Positions 19,615 to 28,880 of a stretch of DNA of 64,000 nt are shown here, piece by piece. Position 1 is the first letter of the stretch. Each line of letters opens with the position of its first letter. A model generated the notes under the pieces. The model saw only the letters and a list, made by a program, of their open reading frames with translations, made no database searches and was not told the origin of the DNA. This DNA is from a virus. Its lineage: Duplodnaviria > Caudoviricetes. The position numbers and the translations under genes are program-made. The DNA lies in IMG/VR virus record IMGVR_UViG_2816332336_000005, positions 1 through 64,000 of that record; one strand, given 5' to 3'.

Positions 19615-21661
19615 GGTTATATACCCCTTTAGCTGAATTTGCTACATCCACTTGTAGTTTCTTAGTAATCTCAGCGACAACCGTATCAATGTCAGCACCT
19701 TTGTTGATGTCTCCTGTCTGAACCTGCACGGTAGGTGTCAGAGTAACGAAATTCTGTATATTCTTCATCTCAGCCAGTTCGCGCATCATTTTCAGGTCTT
19801 CATTGGAGATATCTACTTTATTCTTGATTTTTCCTACTTCATCAACTTTTCCTATATTATTAATTTTCCCGTTAACGTTTGGGTCGAATGGAGTATTAAA
19901 CTTAGCAGTTAAATTAAAACCTTTGTGATAACCCTCTCCAAAGGCTTGGTTTAAATTCTTTTCTGCCATACGGTACTTAGATAGGTCAACAACATTTCTA
20001 TTAGTAGTAGGGCGTTCTATCATGTCCATCATAGATTTGATATTGTTGCTTACAGCATGAATATTATTTTCATCAAACAACTTAGCTCCTTTGAAGTCGG
20101 TCCCAAACATTTCATTTGTCTTTTGAGCAAGCCAGTTGAACCCTTCAAGCGTTTTGTTTATAGATCGAAGAATGGCTTTCATAAAGTTGCCTGCAAAATC
20201 TTCAGCAGCGCGTGACATATTATACATGTGACTACCAAAGAGAACAGCCATATCATAGAACAGCTTCTGAACGGCATACACAGGATCAATAAACACATTC
20301 ACAAAGAATTCAGCAAAGGCTAGAAGTCGATTCCACAGGAAAGCAATACCGTTATAAACTGAAGCGAAGAAAGTATAAAAGAGACCTACTGCAAAACCTA
20401 CAATCTCTTCAGTTGTTACACCGAAATATCTAAGTGTACCAATTAATGACACTACTGCGATTGCTACCAATACAATAGGCCAGTGAGCTATAGACCATGC
20501 TGCTCCTGAAGCTAAAATAGGAGCTATCATACCCCATAAAGCTGTTGTTAACGAACCTACCTTAACCAATAGTGCTGGTAAATAAGCTGTTGCTAAAATT
20601 AAAAAGAAAGCAAGTATTTCAGGATAATACCTATCCACCACACTCCATAGCCATAAGGCCCCATCTACTACGTACGCTAATCCCGTGGCCACAATCGTTA
20701 ATCCTTTGCTTAGTAGTACAAAAAAGCTCATGAATTTCTCTGATTCAAAAGCTTTGTTTAGTACGGCAATTATAGGCATTAGGGCTTTTACAGCTCCTTT
20801 ACCAGCATCCGCAAACATCGACTTCATTCTGTTCAACATAATCTCCCATTGTTTTAAAGGAGAATTGAGCATTTCCTCAAAGGCCTTTTTACCCATGTTC
20901 TGTTTGTCTAACAGTAACTTAAACGCTTTAATAAATCCCTGAACATCGCCTTTTTTACCTAACTCATCAATCTTAAATCTTCTTATATCTGACTTACCAA
21001 TATTAAATCGTTCAGACAAACTAACGATATCACCACTTAAAGCCTCTTTTAACGAGAAGAACGCCCCTTGGATGCCTTGTCCTGTATTATCAAAAGCAGC
21101 CAATTGTTTAGCCATCATGTTCAGGTCTTTTAATTGCGCTATATCAGTGGTTACTGAGATGTTACCTAAAGCTCCTTGCATATACTCCGCAACATCTGCG
21201 CCAGCTCTTAAAGCATCAGCTTTAAACTCTTCAAACATCCTTGTTCCTAACGCATGATTACCTGTACGAGCCTTAAACATATCAAGATAGTTTTGTTGTT
21301 TCATAGCCTCACCAACAGTAACTCCACCCAATTGAGCTAAAGCGTGAATACCTAAATAAGCTGACGCAACACCTTTTAAGGTGGTAATTAACCTATTTCC
21401 TATTCCTGCTGTACCACCCAGTGAATTTCTCAAATGTTCTTGATCTGATACAGCACGCCTTGTAGCACTTGCTAATTCCACTTCTGCGCTTGCTAGTTTT
21501 CTTGTCACAGTATCAAGCGTTTTGATAGCAGAGCTATCCGCATTTGTAGTTACTGCCATTTGTCGCATTACACCAATAGTCATGTTCATGGCTTGAGTTA
21601 TTTGTCGTAGGGGGCCTGAAAATCCATCGAATAATTTTAAGCTAGAACTTATTGTAGCCAT
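19607..21661 (-). CDS. Tape measure protein
   Basis: Long Ala-rich helical protein with hydrophobic segments, between chaperone and LysM genes; start set at MATISS. Confidence 0.88.
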   Translation of the reverse strand: MATISSSLKLFDGFSGPLRQITQAMNMTIGVMRQMAVTTNADSSAIKTLDTVTRKLASAEVELASATRRAVSDQEHLRNSLGGTAGIGNRLITTLKGVASAYLGIHALAQLGGVTVGEAMKQQNYLDMFKARTGNHALGTRMFEEFKADALRAGADVAEYMQGALGNISVTTDIAQLKDLNMMAKQLAAFDNTGQGIQGAFFSLKEALSGDIVSLSERFNIGKSDIRRFKIDELGKKGDVQGFIKAFKLLLDKQNMGKKAFEEMLNSPLKQWEIMLNRMKSMFADAGKGAVKALMPIIAVLNKAFESEKFMSFFVLLSKGLTIVATGLAYVVDGALWLWSVVDRYYPEILAFFLILATAYLPALLVKVGSLTTALWGMIAPILASGAAWSIAHWPIVLVAIAVVSLIGTLRYFGVTTEEIVGFAVGLFYTFFASVYNGIAFLWNRLLAFAEFFVNVFIDPVYAVQKLFYDMAVLFGSHMYNMSRAAEDFAGNFMKAILRSINKTLEGFNWLAQKTNEMFGTDFKGAKLFDENNIHAVSNNIKSMMDMIERPTTNRNVVDLSKYRMAEKNLNQAFGEGYHKGFNLTAKFNTPFDPNVNGKINNIGKVDEVGKIKNKVDISNEDLKMMRELAEMKNIQNFVTLTPTVQVQTGDINKGADIDTVVAEITKKLQVDVANSAKGVYNHA

Positions 21662-21675
21662 GTTATCTCCCCAAT

Positions 21676-21700
21676 CAAAAAGCACCCTTTTGGGTGCTAG
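21676..21700 (-). terminator. Terminator of the lipoprotein moron
   Basis: AGCACCCTTTTGGGTGCT hairpin with a T-tract on the minus strand. Confidence 0.7.
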
Positions 21701-22390
21701 TTAAGGTACATAAAATTCATCTATTGTTGTTTCTGTTTTTACATCCCATATATAAATACTTGAATCACCTGGAGCATATCCACCACTCGGATCAATCTTT
21801 CCTAAATTAGGCTTGGTTCCCTTTTTGACATTTTGATCTTTGTTGAAGAAATGAACCACACCAAGTTTGTCTCCATATTTTGATTTTAGTTCTTTAATAA
21901 TTGCAGTTGTGCTTGCTTTGTCTACTACATCAGTTTGGATAAACAACATATTTTGTTTTTCTAGGTTGTAAATCACTTCATACTTAACATCTGACTTTTC
22001 GACATTTACATCAGAAAGTTTACCGACAGCCTTTATGTTCAGGTCTAACTTGTCTTCGTGTATCTGTTTTGTAACTTGAAGCCGTCTTTCCGTTGCGTCT
22101 TTTCTCAAATCGGATACTTCATATTCATAGACCTCAGGAGACCCCTCAAAATTACCCGATATTTGTACTTTACCAGTAAAAGCCTTATCACTTTCGTTTC
22201 GAATTACCCATTCTATCTGGCCAACGTTATTCACTTTATCGTTGTTTAAAATCTTTGCCTCCACCTTGATAGCATGCGTTGCGTCAACTTCTCCCTCTGC
22301 ATTAACGCAAGCAGTTGTAAGAGCCGAGACCCCTGCAACAATTAGAGACAACACAAGTTTTTTTGTTCTACTCTCCCTTTTAATAGACAT
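21701..22390 (-). CDS. Lipoprotein moron (candidate superinfection exclusion)
   Basis: RBS GAAAGGGG plus ATG at 22390; basic N-terminus, hydrophobic stretch and lipobox-like 'LTTAC'; own terminator. Confidence 0.7.
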   Translation of the reverse strand: MSIKRESRTKKLVLSLIVAGVSALTTACVNAEGEVDATHAIKVEAKILNNDKVNNVGQIEWVIRNESDKAFTGKVQISGNFEGSPEVYEYEVSDLRKDATERRLQVTKQIHEDKLDLNIKAVGKLSDVNVEKSDVKYEVIYNLEKQNMLFIQTDVVDKASTTAIIKELKSKYGDKLGVVHFFNKDQNVKKGTKPNLGKIDPSGGYAPGDSSIYIWDVKTETTIDEFYVP

Positions 22391-22461
22391 GAAGAAACCC
22401 CTTTCATGTGTTTTATACAAGTTTAACACGACTAAAAGGGATTTGGCAGGATATGGGTGAT

Positions 22462-22641
22462 TTATTTCCTCATATTCTTCATTGCCTTTTTCTCTTCTTC
22501 TAGTCGAATCTTAACAAAAGCATATACAGCAGCTTTCCATTTTAGTGGATATTCCGATAGTTCCCAAGGGAAAATCTTATGTTTATGGAAGACGTAGTAG
22601 GCTATATTCCACCATACATCGCCTTCCTCAACTAGTTTTTT
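22462..22641 (-). CDS. Tail assembly chaperone 'T' extension (-1 frameshift product)
   Basis: Slippery A_AAA_AAC at 22635-22641; the -1 frame reads LVEEGDVWWNIAYYVFHKHKIFPWEL...KNMRK*. Confidence 0.8.
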   Translation of the reverse strand, partial: KKLVEEGDVWWNIAYYVFHKHKIFPWELSEYPLKWKAAVYAFVKIRLEEEKKAMKNMRK

Positions 22642-23054
22642 ATTTCTTCTGCCATCTCGTCTACTTCTTTATCAAATCCGTTGATAGTACTAACTTCTTG
22701 CAATAAATTTGTGAACTCACCAGGGAATAACATTTTACGAATTAAGTTATCGGCACCAACTACACCATATGATTTTTGTAACTCTGCATTATTTAAGTCA
22801 GGAAATACAACGCTCTTTAAAACTAGTTCCATATTGTATAGTTCACTATCAAGTTCAGGTTCATAATGATTTTTTTTAACCTTTTTACGAACTGAGGCTT
22901 TTTTTCGTACTTCTTTATTTTCTTCTTCTGAAATAGCTCTAATTTTCCACATAACCGTCTTTCCTTCTTTATCTTTAAACCGATCTGACACAAATACTTC
23001 CTCTGTAACATTCATATTGACGTTCTCTGCAAAAAACATTGATAAATCGCTCAT
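22632..23054 (-). CDS. Tail assembly chaperone (XkdN-like)
   Basis: 'PDLNNAELQKSYGV...MLFPGE...EEIKN*'. Confidence 0.9.
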   Translation of the reverse strand: MSDLSMFFAENVNMNVTEEVFVSDRFKDKEGKTVMWKIRAISEEENKEVRKKASVRKKVKKNHYEPELDSELYNMELVLKSVVFPDLNNAELQKSYGVVGADNLIRKMLFPGEFTNLLQEVSTINGFDKEVDEMAEEIKN

Positions 23055-23388
23055 TAATATATTCCCCTCTCAAATTGTTTATTAAAATGCAAATCCTGAC
23101 TCCAAGTTACCCCATCATAAGGACCGAACGAATCGTTCACCCCTCTTCCACTAAGAGAGGCTAATCATAAAAGCCTTCAATCTAGTTAGCTCATGCTACT
23201 AATGCATACTAAAAAGACGCCCCTAAAATTTAGGGCGTCCTTCTGTAAAATTATGCTATAATCTTCCATAGAGTCAGCTAGTAAAGTTTTGATATAAAAA
23301 GCTGTCTCAACGTACATAGACTCGACTCTCTCAAGGGTGGTCGGCTCACCTCGTTTTTCCCTATCAATTAGGGAAGGGAGGTGAGAGC

Positions 23389-23517
23389 ATGGTGTCAGTG
23401 GTTGATGCGATCAACTTGGCTATTAACTTTGGAGTGTTTACTCTTACACTTATAACTGTTTTTATAGCCTTAATAGGCTTGATCGTTACCATTTGGCTAC
23501 AAAATAAAAAGAAGTAG
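23389..23517 (+). CDS. Type I toxin-antitoxin toxin, holin-like membrane peptide, 42 aa (not in ORF track)
   Basis: RBS GGGAGGTGA; MVSVVDAINLAINFGVFTLTLITVFIALIGLIVTIWLQNKKK*; one TM helix plus basic tail; TGCTATAAT promoter at ~23254. Confidence 0.8.
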   Translation: MVSVVDAINLAINFGVFTLTLITVFIALIGLIVTIWLQNKKK

Positions 23518-23647
23518 ATCACCCTTGAGCCAGACAACTCAATGATCTACTCCGTCGAAAAGTGAGTCGCCCCCTTGAGGGGACAGTCTCTTGTACACAA
23601 ACCGTAGGTGTTACCAGCACCTGCGGTCTTTTTATTGTATGCGTATC
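23500..23647 (-). ncRNA. Putative antisense antitoxin RNA
   Basis: Minus-strand TATAAT at 23654-23659; hairpin 23514-23550 followed by a T-run on the minus strand; overlaps the toxin 3' end convergently. Confidence 0.55.
23601..23633 (+). terminator. Toxin mRNA terminator
   Basis: ACCGTAGGTG-TTACCAG-CACCTGCGGT followed by CTTTTT. Confidence 0.75.
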
Positions 23648-23820
23648 TTGACGATTATAAACATGTTTAAAACAATTTAAAATAATTTAAAACATTTTTA
23701 AACATTCCTTGTTATCCCTATGATACACTACCCTTTTTAGCAACAGCAAGAGTTTAAAACATTTTTAAATAGAATTTTTATGATTAGACAAATACTATAT
23801 AGTTCATTTCTTATATTTGT

Positions 23821-24285
23821 CTAACCTAAAGTTGGTCTAGAGAAACTATCCAAGATATCAGCATCTTGCCATGTGAAGCTGATTTCTTCCTCCATGTCCT
23901 CACTATCTATATCCAAAAGAGCCATTGTAATACCGTCAAGGTTAATTCCTTTGATGACAACAGTTTGCTTTCCAACACTAGATGTTGGGTCTTCATTTGT
24001 AATTTGAACATCAAAGTAAATGTCTTTACCCATCTTCATGTAATCAAGCATAAGTTGGCGGAACAGGGTGGTCACATAGTAGATGGTCATGCTGCCTGTG
24101 CCTTTCCATCCCATTGCCTTATGTTGGGTACCGCGTCTGTTTAGTGTCTTTCCTTCTTTTTTGTTCTTTTCTACCTTTGCCTCGAACTTTTTAAGCCAGA
24201 ACATTTCCTCTACACGACCGTTAATCGTGGCGTAGGCACGTCCTTCCTGACCATTTATCGTGTCTTCATATTTTAAAAAAGCCAT
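23821..24285 (-). CDS. Tail tube protein (XkdM-like)
   Basis: 'GWKGTGSMTIYYVT', 'QITNEDPTSSVGKQTV'. Confidence 0.92.
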   Translation of the reverse strand: MAFLKYEDTINGQEGRAYATINGRVEEMFWLKKFEAKVEKNKKEGKTLNRRGTQHKAMGWKGTGSMTIYYVTTLFRQLMLDYMKMGKDIYFDVQITNEDPTSSVGKQTVVIKGINLDGITMALLDIDSEDMEEEISFTWQDADILDSFSRPTLG

Positions 24286-25608
24286 TTATCGCACCACCGC
24301 CTTTAAGTAGTTTTTCTCCATGGCATCGACAGGTTGGATATACCCCTCAGTTAGCAATGAATCACTATCATTACCTGGAGAAACAATAATGTCCTTTTGA
24401 GCATCAAAGTTCTGAATAGCTCCCATTGCTTGATACTCCTCTACTATCTTGATGCATTCTTTCTTGTAAAGATTGCGTCCATCATCGTTGTTATTGATCT
24501 TCCCTAAATAATCACTATCAAAAGCACGTTTCCAATCCTTTACAACGCCATTTATAGTTCGTACAACACGATTTTTACTGAAATGTTTACGTTTATCTGG
24601 GCTAAAGCTAGTAAATGTATTGATATCCTGTTCTACGACCACTTTACCGTTGTGCTGTTCAAACAAAAACTCCCCGTTAAGAAGAGCTTTCGTAATTTGT
24701 GAATCGTTTAGACGCCCATGTACGGCTACTGCATCATCATAGGCAGTATGCGTAAGAGATTGGTTAGCGTTAGCGCCTGCTGTTGCGCCAGCCACCCAAG
24801 CCGTTGCTTTTACTGCATCAATTACAGTACTGTTTGACAATATAACTCCATTAGAAACACTAATAACCGTTGGATCGTCAGCTAATGCATAGTTAGGAAC
24901 CACGATTTGAATAAATCTGTTTTGTTGATTCGCCAAGCGTTTAGCAAAGGCTACGTAGACTGATTTAATCGTTGGATCATCATAAGGAACAGCCATTGCG
25001 TCAAAGTCGTGTAGCTCAATAGCTTCTCGATAAGCTGTGTGGTTTACCCCTGTTTCTGTTCCATCGGTACCACCTGTTAATGGGATACCAGCGCTTGCGA
25101 CAAGGGCGCCTGTACCAGTGAATGTAACGAATTTATTAGCTTTCAAGTCCTCAATTTTCTTAGCGAGCTGATTATCTACGTTAGAACCAGCTACCAGAGT
25201 TTTTACAATGAAAGTTGTTTCATCATCAATGTCTTGCTCTACCACAACAGTGATGTCATTACCTCTTACGCCACCGTATAGAGCCGCAACCGTTAGGTTA
25301 TCACTTGTAGCCTGTGCTTTCGATCCTGTGTTAAGGCGGTAAAGCAGCAAGGTTTTAGCTCGCTTTAGCGCTTCCTGAACTAAAAGCACCTGTGGCTCGG
25401 AAATATCGTAGCCTAACTTGTCTAGCGTGTTCTCACCTGCCTGTATTTCCATAACTTCGCCGGATGGCCCCCAGCTCAATGAAAGAGCCATTGTAACTGT
25501 TCCTCGGTCACTAATAGCGCCTTGTGGTTTTGCTTCGCTTACAACGGTAACGTACGTATCAGGGCGTATTTTGTTTTGAGTTACCCAATTTTGCATCATA
25601 TCAACCAA
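24286..25608 (-). CDS. Tail sheath protein (XkdK-like)
   Basis: 'QNKIRP..Y', 'LLLYRLN', 'VEQDINT', 'KNRVVR', 'PVDAMEK'. Confidence 0.93.
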   Translation of the reverse strand: MVDMMQNWVTQNKIRPDTYVTVVSEAKPQGAISDRGTVTMALSLSWGPSGEVMEIQAGENTLDKLGYDISEPQVLLVQEALKRAKTLLLYRLNTGSKAQATSDNLTVAALYGGVRGNDITVVVEQDIDDETTFIVKTLVAGSNVDNQLAKKIEDLKANKFVTFTGTGALVASAGIPLTGGTDGTETGVNHTAYREAIELHDFDAMAVPYDDPTIKSVYVAFAKRLANQQNRFIQIVVPNYALADDPTVISVSNGVILSNSTVIDAVKATAWVAGATAGANANQSLTHTAYDDAVAVHGRLNDSQITKALLNGEFLFEQHNGKVVVEQDINTFTSFSPDKRKHFSKNRVVRTINGVVKDWKRAFDSDYLGKINNNDDGRNLYKKECIKIVEEYQAMGAIQNFDAQKDIIVSPGNDSDSLLTEGYIQPVDAMEKNYLKAVVR

Positions 25609-25777
25609 ACTCCTTTCTCGAAAAATCTAAGAGAATGTTGTCTACTTCTTCTCTCGTATAGGTGTTCTCTTTGTCTAATAAAGCAGAAATGATATCTTTC
25701 TGAACCTCTGTATACCGATCAGAACCGATAAACTGTTCTTTCTTAAACCGTGGTGCTTCGCTATTTTTCTTGCTCAT
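25601..25777 (-). CDS. Small conserved protein upstream of the sheath gene (not in ORF track)
   Basis: MSKKNSEAPRFKKEQFIGSDRY...ALLDKENTYTREEVDNILLDFSRKEFG*; overlaps both neighbours. Confidence 0.7.
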   Translation of the reverse strand: MSKKNSEAPRFKKEQFIGSDRYTEVQKDIISALLDKENTYTREEVDNILLDFSRKEFG

Positions 25778-26225
25778 ACTTTAACCCCCTTTCAATCCAG
25801 TTCCTTTGCATTTTGGGGACAGTAGGTTTTGAGCGTACAACATGAAAGTTGTAATCAACAAAAAAATGCAACACATCATCTACAATCGTGTGTCGCATCT
25901 TAACCCCTCGAATGGGTTTGTCTTTTAGATCAATTAATTCCAATACCTCTGTCAGCCTCTCAGCGACCTTGTAGCGCTCCTCATTAGATGAGGTAAAGTA
26001 ATGGATATCAAACGGATGAAAACGCTTGTAGCGTCTGTCTAACTCCTTATCTTGACTGCCTTCTAACATAAGCACAAAAAAACAAGGCTCCTTAAAACCT
26101 TGTGGCAGTTTTTCTCCATATACTCTAGCTGCTGGATACGCTTTTTTGATTGCTACAATAACAGCGTCACGAACATCATTAATCGTTATTTCAATTAGAA
26201 TCACCTCTTCTAGCTGGGCGTCCAT
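25761..26225 (-). CDS. Tail terminator/completion protein
   Basis: 'QGFKEPCFFV', 'FDIHYF', 'DDVLHFFV'; the true start is probably a few codons downstream. Confidence 0.8.
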   Translation of the reverse strand: MDAQLEEVILIEITINDVRDAVIVAIKKAYPAARVYGEKLPQGFKEPCFFVLMLEGSQDKELDRRYKRFHPFDIHYFTSSNEERYKVAERLTEVLELIDLKDKPIRGVKMRHTIVDDVLHFFVDYNFHVVRSKPTVPKMQRNWIERGLKYEQEK

Positions 26226-26640
26226 TCATGATGTCATTAATTAACTCAGCTTGGCGTTTTTCAAGGTATTTAGGAAATTCCTTTTCTATCTCTTTCATCG
26301 AAAAGGTCATCATATACCTACCACCAACCCATCCCGTACCTCCTCGTGTCCTATGCCCATATTCCACATATGGAGCGTATTCCACGTTATTAAAAACTTC
26401 GACAACGTAGTAGTTCCCTTGCTTCGTTATGTTCCCAACACGCCAATTTCGTGCAAGCTCCCCGGTGTCCCATATTTTTTCTTTTCTTTGATGACGAACA
26501 ATCTTTCCAACTGAACGTAAAGCCATTTCATTTAGAAATTCACGAATAAAACGATCAACCACACGTTCGTCACTAGCCTTTTGGAACGCTTTAGCAAGCT
26601 TCTCAAAACCACCTGCGTCAAAGTTGCCCCATTTAGGCAT
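26191..26640 (-). CDS. HK97 gp10-like neck protein
   Basis: 'DTGELARNW', 'NNVEYAPYVEYGHR'. Confidence 0.88.
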   Translation of the reverse strand: MPKWGNFDAGGFEKLAKAFQKASDERVVDRFIREFLNEMALRSVGKIVRHQRKEKIWDTGELARNWRVGNITKQGNYYVVEVFNNVEYAPYVEYGHRTRGGTGWVGGRYMMTFSMKEIEKEFPKYLEKRQAELINDIMNGRPARRGDSN

Positions 26641-26980
26641 TCTCTTTTACCTCTAAGGCAATTTCCTGATGAGAGTCATAAGGACGCGGCATTCCAGCTA
26701 TTGTTTTGTAAGTGGCACCAAAGCTTTCTACATGAATCTCATCGCCTGGTAGGATGGTGAACATCGGATTTAAAAAGAGTTTCATCACGAATTGAACCTT
26801 ATTAACTGTATTGGTTTGGTCTGCTGGGTAAGCGTCTTTCTTGCTTAAAGCGCACTTAATTGAATCATATATAGTCTTACGTTCCGTTATGGTTTCCCCC
26901 GACGGTTTTTCTACCTCCACAACACGATACACGCTACAACGATCTGTGTAGGTCATCTCAATTGCTTGCATTGCGTTCAT
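26633..26980 (-). CDS. Head closure/head-tail joining protein
   Basis: Synteny; 'CALS', 'KLFL', 'SHQEI'. Confidence 0.75.
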   Translation of the reverse strand: MNAMQAIEMTYTDRCSVYRVVEVEKPSGETITERKTIYDSIKCALSKKDAYPADQTNTVNKVQFVMKLFLNPMFTILPGDEIHVESFGATYKTIAGMPRPYDSHQEIALEVKENA

Positions 26981-27351
26981 TTGACCACTCTCATTCTCCG
27001 GAAACGGTTTAGTTGGCTCTTATAGTTCGTGAGAACATCATCAAGACTAGCTCCTGTGGTAGCGACTTTTGAACCGACATCATACTCAACTGTGTAATCA
27101 CCACGAGTTACCCTTTTAACTGCGCCTGATCCTTCGATTATCTGGGAATTGTCCCCACTAAGGAGGACCTGAACAACCATTTCGGCAACAATCTCCCATA
27201 GTTGTTCAGGTATTTCTTCGATATTGCAATGGTTTTTGACTTTACGTTCGACTTGCCGTAGATATAGCTTGATCTTGTTATCCTTCGAATCATCCGTAAT
27301 GCCTGCTAGCTCTTTAATAAGCGCAAGAATTTGATCAGGATGCATCTTCAA
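26977..27351 (-). CDS. Head-tail connector (adaptor) protein
   Basis: 'KNHCNIEEIP', 'VTRGDYTVEY', 'QLNRFRR'. Confidence 0.8.
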   Translation of the reverse strand: MKMHPDQILALIKELAGITDDSKDNKIKLYLRQVERKVKNHCNIEEIPEQLWEIVAEMVVQVLLSGDNSQIIEGSGAVKRVTRGDYTVEYDVGSKVATTGASLDDVLTNYKSQLNRFRRMRVVK

Positions 27352-27392
27352 TCACCTTCTTTGATCTAGTCCTTTTCAATCCTTGCGCCTCA

Positions 27393-28214
27393 CTAGGGAG
27401 TAGAAGGTGTTTTATGAACGTAGATACCATTTTTCTTTTGGTTTAATACAAAGGCATCAAAGTAGATTCTTCCCTCAGCAAGCGTACCAGAGATACCTGG
27501 AGGGTCTTCATGTAAACGGTAGTCTGCTAACTTGATAGGAGCAACCGTTGCTGATGGATGTGCAATCATGAAGTTTAAATTGTCTGGCATACGCTTCTTC
27601 GGAACTGAAACAACAGGCATTCCGTCCAATTCTGCAACCATACCTTTCCACACAATACGATCTTGCGCTAAATCGGAAGCTTTTACATAGCCATCAGAGT
27701 TTTTAAGTAGATTAATGAGCGCTGGTACAACGAAAATCACTCGACCGTCAGGGATTTCATGCTCATCTAAATACTCAGTACCAGTTGTTACTGCTTTATA
27801 CACCGTTTTCTCATCAAGTGCGGCCTCAGCAGATCCACCAGCAAGTGAAGCCATTTGTGTAAAACGATACTTATCAACGTAAGGAACGATTACTTCACGA
27901 ACTTGACGCCCTAGAGCTTCAGCAGCTTTCATTTGGGTTTCTTCTGCGTTCATTTTATCCAACGTGAAAGAGAATGCCTTGTCTTGCTTTAATGTCATCT
28001 CTTGCACTTCATTTTGAAGCTCTGTAGGAGTACCAAACCGTGTTGTACCTTGTCGAGTGTAATCACCTAGTGGAACAGTAGGAACAGACGTTACCTTGAT
28101 TGTTTTAGCGCCTTCCCAACTATAATTCTGATTAATACCTGGAGTAGATAGCGACTCTTTTATGAAACGCTCGTCAACACCTGCCGCAAAACGTTCTGTT
28201 AATGTAATTGCCAT
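27393..28214 (-). CDS. Major capsid protein
   Basis: Follows the scaffold gene; 'QDKAFSFTLD', 'PPGISG.LAEGRIYFDAFVL'. Confidence 0.88.
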   Translation of the reverse strand: MAITLTERFAAGVDERFIKESLSTPGINQNYSWEGAKTIKVTSVPTVPLGDYTRQGTTRFGTPTELQNEVQEMTLKQDKAFSFTLDKMNAEETQMKAAEALGRQVREVIVPYVDKYRFTQMASLAGGSAEAALDEKTVYKAVTTGTEYLDEHEIPDGRVIFVVPALINLLKNSDGYVKASDLAQDRIVWKGMVAELDGMPVVSVPKKRMPDNLNFMIAHPSATVAPIKLADYRLHEDPPGISGTLAEGRIYFDAFVLNQKKNGIYVHKTPSTP

Positions 28215-28230
28215 ATAAAATCACCTCTTA

Positions 28231-28812
28231 TTAGTATTTAAAACCTTTATCAAATGCAGCCAAAAGTGGGTCAATCTCCTTTGATTCACCGCCACTTGGC
28301 TTATCAGGAGTGCTACCACCAATTCGCGATTTAACTACAGTAGCTAGCTGAGTATCCCACGCATATTTAAAACTCTTTAGATTGTCTAACGTGTGTTCCT
28401 CATCTTCCCCAATTAAAAAACCTGCAAATTCAATGGGAACTCCCATATCTCGCAGGTTTCGAGTAGCATATTTCTCCATTTTGGCTTGATGAGCTTCGCG
28501 TTTGTATTGATCCATCTCTTTTTTGAGACGGTCAAACTCTTCGCGTTCTCGTTCTTCCTTACTCATGTTCTTCAAACGCAATTCTTGTTCTACTTCTTTT
28601 TTGATCTTCTCTTGCTCACGTTTCAATCGCTTAGCGATAGTCTGGTCCATTTCTTCTTGTGAGAAAAGTTTTTGATTAGGATTTCCTGTTTCTCCTTGCT
28701 CTTGCTGCGTTTTATCTGCTGCCTCGCCTTGATCCGAAATACCTTCATCACCTTCAGCAAAGAACTGTAGATCAATTGGAATAGGAAATAATGTCTCAAC
28801 AAATTTTTTCAT
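28231..28812 (-). CDS. Capsid scaffold protein (DUF4355-like)
   Basis: 'IDLQFFAE' N-terminal motif and charged coiled coil; start set at MKKFV after GGGAGG. Confidence 0.85.
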   Translation of the reverse strand: MKKFVETLFPIPIDLQFFAEGDEGISDQGEAADKTQQEQGETGNPNQKLFSQEEMDQTIAKRLKREQEKIKKEVEQELRLKNMSKEEREREEFDRLKKEMDQYKREAHQAKMEKYATRNLRDMGVPIEFAGFLIGEDEEHTLDNLKSFKYAWDTQLATVVKSRIGGSTPDKPSGGESKEIDPLLAAFDKGFKY

Positions 28813-28880
28813 GATAAAACCTCCCGTTTTAAGCCCGTCGGCTATAGCATCCATGTGTTTAATGTCCACAAGTACGACAA

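Noticed and set aside
22635-22641. Slippery sites in the tail chaperone genes (also 56940-56946) as a novelty
   Set aside because: This is the standard lambda G/GT-type -1 frameshift; listed as features only.
12074-25608. PBSX-like tailocin or contractile injection system
   Set aside because: Xkd-like tail genes are linked to capsid, portal, terminase, replication and integrase genes, so this is an ordinary prophage.
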